DNA of 64,000 nt from Verrucomicrobiota bacterium (lineage in GTDB: Bacteria > Verrucomicrobiota > Verrucomicrobiia > Opitutales > Seribacteraceae), in NCBI GenBank assembly GCA_027622665.1, contig JAQBYT010000017.1, positions 9,210 through 73,209 on the forward strand, in the 5' to 3' direction. Position 1 is the stretch's first letter. Each line of letters begins with the position of its first letter. Below are positions 57,346-64,000 of the stretch, piece by piece. Below the pieces are notes generated by a model. That model was not told where the DNA came from. It did no database searches and saw only the letters and a list, made by a program, of their open reading frames with translations. Made by a program: the position numbers and the translations under genes.

Positions 57346-58725
57346 ATGCTACACTTTTTTTCATTCAAGCCGTTACTCTTACAGTTCGCAGGAGCTTGGT
57401 TGCTAGGCTTTCTCTCCTTAACGCTTGTTAAAGGAGAGAATACCATAAACTGGCCACAATTCAGAGGTCCCGGGTCCTCGGGGGTCGCCAAGGGCATTGA
57501 GACTCCGACGGTTTGGAACATTCCCGAGTCCCGCAATTTGAAGTGGAAGACGCTTATTCCAGGGTTGGGGCATTCTTGTCCGATAGTTTGGGGCGATCGC
57601 TTGTTCTTGACCACTGCCATCAGTAATAAACCGCGAGACAGCTTGAAAATCGGCATTTACCATGAGATCGCCCCCGTTGAGAACGATGGCGTGCACACAT
57701 GGGTCCTTTATTGCATCGATAAGGCGACGGGGAAAGTGATCTGGGATCGCGTTTGCCACAAGGGCGTGCCCAAGGACAAGCGTCACACTAAGTCTTCCCA
57801 TGCGAATTGCACTCCCGCAACGGACGGCAAGCGCGTGGTATCGTTCTTTGGCTCGGAAGGGTTGTATTGTCACGACTTCAACGGAACCCTGCTTTGGAAA
57901 AAGGACTTTGGGATTCTCGACGCCGCTTTCTTTCGGGTTCCTCGAGCCCAGTGGGGGTTCGCCAGTTCGCCGATCATTCATGATGGTGTCGTTCTCTTGC
58001 AATGCGATGTGCTGAAAAACTCCTTTTTGGCCGCCCTCGACTTGGAGACCGGCATAATCCTCTGGAAAAAGCCACGCAACGACCTTCCGGCCTGGAGCAG
58101 TCCCGCCGTTTATAGTGACGGTTCCAAGACTCAAGTGTTGGTTAACGGCTACCGCAACATCGGCGGGTACGATTTTCGTACAGGGGCCGAACTGTGGCGC
58201 TTTCATGGTGGCGGCGATATCCCCGTGCCCACACCTGTCACCGGTCACGGTCTCGCCTTCATCACTAATGCCCACGGGAAATCGGCACCCATCTACGCCA
58301 TAAAGTTGGATTCTCGTGGCGATGTTTCCTTGGAAGACGGCAAGGCTTCCAGCGAGCAGGTCCTCTGGAGCGTGAATCGTGGTGGCGCCTATATGCAGAC
58401 CCCGATTCTGTACGGGGATTACTTTTACAATTGCCGCGACAACGGCGTGCTTGCCTGCTTTGAGGCGAAGACGGGGCGCTTGGTCTTTCAAGCCCGTCTT
58501 GGTTCCGGGTTTGGTGGATTTACCGGTTCACCCGTTGCCTCCGGTGGAAAGATCTATTACGTAAGCGAGGTCGGCGACGTCGTTGTGATAAAAGCGGGTG
58601 TGCCCGAGCTGAAAATTCTCGCCAAGAATCCTCTTGGTGAAATATGCCTGTCCACTCCTGCCATCTCTAATGGTGAATTGTTCTTTCGTACTCGCACTCA
58701 ATTAATCTCAATCTCAGACAAATGA
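57346..58725 (+). CDS. Secreted PQQ-like beta-propeller repeat protein
   Basis: NWPQFRGP, GHSCPIVWGD, TPATDG, SSPII, STPAI. Confidence 0.9.
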   Translation: MLHFFSFKPLLLQFAGAWLLGFLSLTLVKGENTINWPQFRGPGSSGVAKGIETPTVWNIPESRNLKWKTLIPGLGHSCPIVWGDRLFLTTAISNKPRDSLKIGIYHEIAPVENDGVHTWVLYCIDKATGKVIWDRVCHKGVPKDKRHTKSSHANCTPATDGKRVVSFFGSEGLYCHDFNGTLLWKKDFGILDAAFFRVPRAQWGFASSPIIHDGVVLLQCDVLKNSFLAALDLETGIILWKKPRNDLPAWSSPAVYSDGSKTQVLVNGYRNIGGYDFRTGAELWRFHGGGDIPVPTPVTGHGLAFITNAHGKSAPIYAIKLDSRGDVSLEDGKASSEQVLWSVNRGGAYMQTPILYGDYFYNCRDNGVLACFEAKTGRLVFQARLGSGFGGFTGSPVASGGKIYYVSEVGDVVVIKAGVPELKILAKNPLGEICLSTPAISNGELFFRTRTQLISISDK

Positions 58726-59633
58726 AATATCCGTTCGCTCTTTTCTCTTTCCTGTTTTCGTTTTTGGTCCATTCGGCCATATTCGCCCACGCCTTGGAGC
58801 CAACCAAGACCATGGCGCTTTGGCCCGGCGAAGCCCCGGGTGAAGTGAAAGGCGAGGTGGGTGATGAGGCTCCCAAGCCCAATAGTCCCGGCTCCAAGAG
58901 GATCATACGCCTCGGCAACGTGTCGAAACCGACCCTTTCGGTATTCCCCGCTCCAAAGGACAAGGCTAACGGAGCTGCAGTTCTAGTTTGCCCGGGTGGT
59001 GGTTATAGCATCCTTGCCTACGATCTGGAGGGTAGCGAGGTTTGCGAATGGCTAAACTCCATCGGCGTTACGGGCATACTTCTAAAATACAGGGTTCCTC
59101 GTCGTAAGAACCGTGAAAAGCACGATGCTCCCCTTCAGGATACCCAACGCGCTATGGGTATCGTTCGAGCTAATGCCAAGGACTGGGGCATCGACCCCAA
59201 ACGCATCGGCATTCTAGGTTTTTCCGCCGGCGGTCATCTAACGGCTGCAACGCTCACGAACTACGACAAGCGAACCTACGATCGAATCGATGCCTCCGAC
59301 GACTTGTCCTGTCGACCCGATTTCGGCGTTCTTATTTATCCTGCATACCTCGTGGACAACGAGACCAAGTCGAAGCTGGAACCCGAGATCAAAGTAACGA
59401 AGGATACTCCGCCCTGCTTCTTCGCCCATGCGGGCGACGATCGCATCCCTGCCGAGGGCAGCGTCCAAATGTACCTTGCCCTTCGTCGGGCCGGAGTCAA
59501 GTGGAGTGAGCTTCACGTTTATCCCAAGGGTGGTCATGGCTACGGTTTGCGAGCGTCCGATCATCCCGTGGTTACTTGGCCTGCTCGCGCTGGTGCCTGG
59601 ATGAAGTCCATTGGGCTGCTGAAAGCGAAGTGA
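58722..59633 (+). CDS. Secreted alpha/beta hydrolase (carbohydrate esterase-like)
   Basis: PGGGY, GFSAGGH, HGYG. Confidence 0.92.
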   Translation: MKYPFALFSFLFSFLVHSAIFAHALEPTKTMALWPGEAPGEVKGEVGDEAPKPNSPGSKRIIRLGNVSKPTLSVFPAPKDKANGAAVLVCPGGGYSILAYDLEGSEVCEWLNSIGVTGILLKYRVPRRKNREKHDAPLQDTQRAMGIVRANAKDWGIDPKRIGILGFSAGGHLTAATLTNYDKRTYDRIDASDDLSCRPDFGVLIYPAYLVDNETKSKLEPEIKVTKDTPPCFFAHAGDDRIPAEGSVQMYLALRRAGVKWSELHVYPKGGHGYGLRASDHPVVTWPARAGAWMKSIGLLKAK

Positions 59634-60634
59634 TCCCAAGTACCCAACGCGCTCTGCGCTACCATGAGCGGGGCGAACCGCTCGAAGTTCTGAAGTCGAA
59701 CGAGATTCCGGTGCCTGAACCCGGCCAGGGCGAAGTTCTGCTCGAGATGCTGGCTTCCGCCATTCACCCCTCCGATATGGGTTTGATTAATGGTTCCTAC
59801 GGCAATCTTCTGGAACTGCCCGCCGTCGGCGGACGCGAAGGGGTAGGGAAGGTAGTCGCCGTTGGGCCGAAGACCGAGGAGAAACTTATGGGCAAGATCT
59901 GCTCACTCCCCGAAGCCGCGGGAACTTGGCTGGAATATTCAGCCGCAAAAGCGGAAGACTTGATCCTGCTTCCCTCCCTTGTTCCGCCCGAGCAACTTGC
60001 CCTAGGTATTCTAAATCCTCTTACTGCATGGCGACTCCTCAACGATTTCGAGTACCTCCGTCCCGACGATTGGATCGTCCAGAACGCCGCCAATTCCGCT
60101 GTCGGGATCAGTGTCATTCAGTTCGCCAAGCGTCTCGGCGTAAAGGTCATTAACCTCGTCCGACGCGAGGAACTCGAGAAACCGCTAAACGAGCTTGGCG
60201 CCAATCATGTCTTGCTGGACGACGAAGATTCTCCCGCCACCATTAAAGATCTTACCGACGGCGAAGGCTGCCGTCTTGCCCTTAATTCAGTTGGTGGTCG
60301 CAGCGCCGTTCGCCTCGCCAAAAGCCTGTCCTCGGGCGGCGTCCACGTCACCTTTGGGGCGATGACGGGAGAGCAAGTGCGCTTCCCCACCCGCAACTTG
60401 ATCTTCGATGACGTTCGCTTCGTTGGATTCTGGCTGGACAAGTGGAAACGGTCACGTGATCTCGCCGCCCTTCGAAACGCCGCCGAGGAAGTTCTACAGC
60501 CTCTAGCAATGACCGAGATTCGCCATCCCGTCGACTCCACCTTTACCCTCGACCAATTTCACGATGCCCTGAGCCGGAACGCCGAGCCCCGATTCGGCAA
60601 GGTGCTGTTCGTTAGTGAGAAGAAATCCGAATGA
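59630..60634 (+). CDS. 2-enoyl thioester reductase-like MDR oxidoreductase
   Basis: IHPSD, GGREGVG, NPLTAWRLL, QNAANSAVG; GTGA overlap with the upstream stop. Confidence 0.88.
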   Translation: MIPSTQRALRYHERGEPLEVLKSNEIPVPEPGQGEVLLEMLASAIHPSDMGLINGSYGNLLELPAVGGREGVGKVVAVGPKTEEKLMGKICSLPEAAGTWLEYSAAKAEDLILLPSLVPPEQLALGILNPLTAWRLLNDFEYLRPDDWIVQNAANSAVGISVIQFAKRLGVKVINLVRREELEKPLNELGANHVLLDDEDSPATIKDLTDGEGCRLALNSVGGRSAVRLAKSLSSGGVHVTFGAMTGEQVRFPTRNLIFDDVRFVGFWLDKWKRSRDLAALRNAAEEVLQPLAMTEIRHPVDSTFTLDQFHDALSRNAEPRFGKVLFVSEKKSE

Positions 60635-62286
60635 GTGAATACCCATTGGCCCTGCTGGCGTTCGCACCGATCTTGGTGGCTGCGATATTGGTGGCGGGGT
60701 TTCGATGGCCTGCGAGTCGAGCGATGCCGATCGCCTACTTGTCGGCAGTTGGATTGGCGTTGGGCGTCTGGGGGTTGCCGATGAAGCAAGTCGCGGGAGC
60801 CTCGGCAAAGGGATTGGTCATCGCCGCCTCTTTGCTTTACATTATCTTTGGCGCCATTCTCCTCCTTAATACCCTTCGTGAGAGCGGAGGTCTAAAGGTT
60901 ATTCGCTCAGGCTTCACCCGCCTCTCGCCCGATCGACGCGTGCAAGTGATCGTTATAGCTTGGTTGTTCGGGGCTTTTGTCGAGGGTTCGGCCGGGTTCG
61001 GCACTCCTGCGGCCGTGGCAGTGCCGTTGCTGGTGGGACTCGGGTTTCCGGCCTTGTCGGCTGTGATTTCGGGAATGTTGATCCAAAGCACGCCGGTTTC
61101 CTTTGGGGCGGCAGGCACTCCGATCTTGGTGGGGGTCAACAAGGGGATGGATAAATTACTGTCCGGAATGACCGAGACGGAACGATACTCGTGGCTCTCG
61201 GACATCGGCGAAAAGGTGGCGTTTCTGCATGGGATCTGCGGTACCTTCATACCGTTGGCGGTAGTCTGTGTGATGACGAGGTTTTTTGGTCGGAATCGTT
61301 CATGGCGAGAGGGTTTTGCTGCGTGGCGGTTCGCATTGTTTGCGGCTTTCTCCTTTACTATTCCTTACGTCTTGGTCGCTCGGTACTTGGGGCCGGAATT
61401 CCCCAGTTTGTTTGGTGCATTGGTTGGCTTGGCCATCGTTGTTCCGGCGGCGAGGAAGGGATTCTTAGTGCCGAAAGGCAAACCGTGGGACTTTGACGAC
61501 CGTCGAAACTGGGATGCGAATTGGAACGGCAATGAGGTGACGGGGCAACGCGAAGAGCCCTCGGTCGACTTGCCCCAGTGGAAGGCGTGGGCTCCTTATC
61601 TGGTAGTTGCGAGCCTGTTGGTGCTTACGCGATTGCGAGGGTTGCCCATCGGTGGTTGGTTGAAGAAGATCTCACTGCAATTCGACAACCTGTTCGATTC
61701 AGGTCTCTCGGCAAGTTTCGACCTTCTCTATTTACCCGGAGCCATCTTTATCATTGCGTCAATTGCCACCTGTATTCTGCACGGCATGCGAGTTGAGTCG
61801 TACAAACGGGCTTGGCAAGACTCTGCTCGAACGATGCTAAAGGCTTCAGTTGCCTTGGTCTTTACGGTTCCGATGGCCCAAGTGTTCATTAATTCCGCCG
61901 GGGGTACCTACGAGGCCATGCCGGAGGTGTTGGCGAACGGGGTTGCCAATCTAGCGGGTCAGGCTTGGCCCTTCTTCGCACCCTATCTAGGCGGTTTCGG
62001 CGCTTTCGTGGCAGGAAGCAACACGGTAAGCAACATGACGTTTTCGCTGTTCCAGTTTGTGGTGGCTCAACAAATAGGGGCAAACCCGATGTGGGTGGTG
62101 GCCCTACAAGCCGTGGGTGGCGCCGCGGGCAACGTCATTTGCATCCACAACGTGGTGGCGGCTTCCGCAGTCGTTGGTTTGGTGGGACGAGAGGGCATTG
62201 TCATACGCAAGACCTTCGTCGTCTTTTGTCTCTACGCAGGTCTTGCCGGTCTAGTGGGAGTCGTTTTGCTCCACTGGCCCTTTTAG
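60631..62286 (+). CDS. L-lactate permease family transporter
   Basis: DRRVQ, EGSAGFGTP, PVSFGA.GTP, GSNTVSN, GGAAGN; multiple TM helices. Confidence 0.93.
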   Translation: MSEYPLALLAFAPILVAAILVAGFRWPASRAMPIAYLSAVGLALGVWGLPMKQVAGASAKGLVIAASLLYIIFGAILLLNTLRESGGLKVIRSGFTRLSPDRRVQVIVIAWLFGAFVEGSAGFGTPAAVAVPLLVGLGFPALSAVISGMLIQSTPVSFGAAGTPILVGVNKGMDKLLSGMTETERYSWLSDIGEKVAFLHGICGTFIPLAVVCVMTRFFGRNRSWREGFAAWRFALFAAFSFTIPYVLVARYLGPEFPSLFGALVGLAIVVPAARKGFLVPKGKPWDFDDRRNWDANWNGNEVTGQREEPSVDLPQWKAWAPYLVVASLLVLTRLRGLPIGGWLKKISLQFDNLFDSGLSASFDLLYLPGAIFIIASIATCILHGMRVESYKRAWQDSARTMLKASVALVFTVPMAQVFINSAGGTYEAMPEVLANGVANLAGQAWPFFAPYLGGFGAFVAGSNTVSNMTFSLFQFVVAQQIGANPMWVVALQAVGGAAGNVICIHNVVAASAVVGLVGREGIVIRKTFVVFCLYAGLAGLVGVVLLHWPF

Positions 62287-62292
62287 TAAAGC

Positions 62293-63213
62293 TTAGCCTG
62301 CCCAAATTGCCGACAACTTATTCTTGAAGCCGGTGATGGGGAAGAGCTTGCCGGGACAAAGGGTGTGCCCCGGGTGGAGATCCTTGTGTGTGATGACGTT
62401 TTTCTCCGAGATTTGGCAACGCTTCATGAGGTAGCGACAAAGCCCCTCGAGCACTTTCAATTGCTTGGTCGTGGGCCTACGAGTCTCGAAGTTTCCGATC
62501 AGGCAAATCCCGATCGTGGTCTTGTTCCAGCTCTGCTTCTTCACATGCCCGCCGTCCAATTGTCCTTTCCATCGTCCACCGAAATAGATTTCGCCGTCTT
62601 TTGCCTTTCTGGAGCCGTTTGAGATTACGAAATGGTAGGCTAGCCCGTTCTGCATCCCTCTTGCCTTGTGCACGTTGTGAATGTTTACGGCATCGTCGAC
62701 GTTTGTGGCGCTATGATGGATGATTATCTTTTTCCACTTGCCCGGGGTGGGACGAATGCCGCCCAAGGTCTTAAGATTCTTGGCATCCAATAGGGGAGGG
62801 GGAGGCTTGTAGGTGGAGGTTCCGCCCTTGCTCAATGGGATGATTAGCTTTTGGCCGACTTTTATCAAATTTGCGCTGGCAAGCTGGTTTCTGGCGCTAA
62901 TGTCACTTGCCTTAGCCCCGAACCGAGCGGCAATAGCACCGAGGCTATCGCCTTTCTTTACGACGTAGGGCACTTCCGAGGCGGTTCCGTCGGGGATTTT
63001 TAGCTTTTTACCGACAAACAGTAAATTGGCGTCCTTTATGCCGTTTATCGCCTGCAGGGCATTGGAGGAAACACCGTATTTCCTGGCGATCCCACCGAGG
63101 GTCTCGTTCTTTTGTACGACGTGAACCCGTTCAGCCAATGCTGCACCGGTAACTAAAAAAGAAAAAGTAAGGAATAAAGCGAAGCGTCCCATCAATAAAG
63201 TTGAGACATGCAT
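62293..63213 (-). CDS. LysM (x2) plus N-acetylmuramoyl-L-alanine amidase (Amidase_2)
   Basis: Two LysM repeats; IIIHHSAT, YHFVI, GICLIGNF, H...T.CPG; start uncertain (63192-63243). Confidence 0.92.
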   Translation of the reverse strand: MHVSTLLMGRFALFLTFSFLVTGAALAERVHVVQKNETLGGIARKYGVSSNALQAINGIKDANLLFVGKKLKIPDGTASEVPYVVKKGDSLGAIAARFGAKASDISARNQLASANLIKVGQKLIIPLSKGGTSTYKPPPPLLDAKNLKTLGGIRPTPGKWKKIIIHHSATNVDDAVNIHNVHKARGMQNGLAYHFVISNGSRKAKDGEIYFGGRWKGQLDGGHVKKQSWNKTTIGICLIGNFETRRPTTKQLKVLEGLCRYLMKRCQISEKNVITHKDLHPGHTLCPGKLFPITGFKNKLSAIWAG

Positions 63214-63301
63214 ATGTGACGTTTTGTTGAATGAGGCAACCATGCAAATCCGAGATTTTCACATTTCGGGTTTCGGATTTGCTCTATATTCATTGTAGGC
63301 T

Positions 63302-63709
63302 ATGAAGATCGTCGTGCATTTAAAATGGAAACTCTGGTTGGTGTCTCAAGGTCTGTTGATCATTACTGTGGTCATCATACAGACTGTTTTTCACCGATCG
63401 ATCGAGGTCGGTCCCATTCTTGGTATGGCAAAACGTTCATATTCCGAAATTATTTTTAAGGTCCCTGCGACAATTCCGGAAAAATTTATAAAAAATCAAG
63501 TGGACCCAAAGATTTGGGACGCTCGCTTGCCCATGACCAAGGAAGAGAGCATAACGCGTCAATTAAGACGATATCGCCTCGCTTACAGGCAGGAAGAAGG
63601 CTTGCGGACTGCCTTGTTTGGCGGAATGATCGTAAACGCACTGTACTTTCTCGCCTTTCACTTGGGTTACGCCTATTTCCGAAGACAAATTCGAATCCCT
63701 AATGCCTGA
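63302..63709 (+). CDS. Hypothetical two-TM membrane protein
   Basis: ATG ORF with N- and C-terminal hydrophobic helices, divergent from the amidase gene. Confidence 0.7.
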   Translation: MKIVVHLKWKLWLVSQGLLIITVVIIQTVFHRSIEVGPILGMAKRSYSEIIFKVPATIPEKFIKNQVDPKIWDARLPMTKEESITRQLRRYRLAYRQEEGLRTALFGGMIVNALYFLAFHLGYAYFRRQIRIPNA

Positions 63710-63818
63710 GGCTTTTTCTTTAGATAGAATGCTTTTTTTTTCACATTATATCGCGCGAGAGATTTAAGTGTTGCGAATTCGGGTCGACTTTAAAGATATT
63801 CTTATTTCATTTTTTGCC

Positions 63819-64000
63819 GTGCCCTCATTTATTCGTAACATAAATCCATTTGGAACGATTTTATTCGTCGTTCTGTTCGCATGCTCCTTTTTCATCCGAG
63901 TACAGGCCGCAGACGTCAATACTTGGAGCGAATTGAAAACGCAAATTGAAACAACTACTGCTAGTCCCATCGAAATTACAGGTCCTCTTACTGCGAATGC
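63819..64000 (+). CDS. 5' end of a secreted protein, truncated by the window edge
   Basis: GTG at 63819: MPSFIRNINPFGTILFVVLFACSFFIRVQA|ADVNTWSELKTQIETTTASPIEITGPLTAN; frame open to the edge. Confidence 0.7.
   Translation, partial: MPSFIRNINPFGTILFVVLFACSFFIRVQAADVNTWSELKTQIETTTASPIEITGPLTAN

Noticed and set aside
57418..58491. Long antisense ORFs (357 aa here; also 34966-35790, 42036-42749, 22151-22792, 46681-47325)
   Set aside because: Each fully overlaps a well-supported gene on the opposite strand and shows no motifs; expected from codon bias at this GC content.
1..64000. rRNA, tRNA, IS/transposase, integrase, prophage or defence genes
   Set aside because: None recognised by eye; intergenic gaps are short and showed no cloverleaf or terminal inverted repeats. 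tRNAscan-SE and Infernal would be needed to exclude small RNAs formally.

Overview
A gene-dense bacterial chromosomal window. The gene content (DUF1080, Planctomycete-type cytochrome c, several PQQ-like beta-propellers, a sulfatase, Pal with a CDWKG motif) points by inference to the PVC superphylum, most likely a Verrucomicrobiota/Opitutales genome. Housekeeping genes: sucA-sucB-lpdA, mtnA, mnmA, rph, apaG, purH. There are also many catabolic and envelope genes. I saw no rRNA, tRNA, IS element, prophage or CRISPR array. The ORF track misses two edge-truncated genes: a >1399-aa multidomain surface protein (1-4199, minus strand) and a secreted protein starting at 63819. The most system-like locus is 4340-11165. 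In transcription order it holds a sigma54 response regulator, two palindromic candidate enhancer sites, a -24/-12 promoter, two paralogous secreted helical proteins (one with a periodic-His 11-aa repeat), a duplicated hairpin/terminator element around a mini-ORF, an outer-membrane barrel and a histidine kinase. Other highlights are an orphan N-terminally truncated flagellin-like protein, mtnA coupled to an aldolase-SDR fusion, and a FecR-domain protein ending in CxxCH behind an AlgE-family porin. Family calls come from reading motifs by eye; no database search was run.
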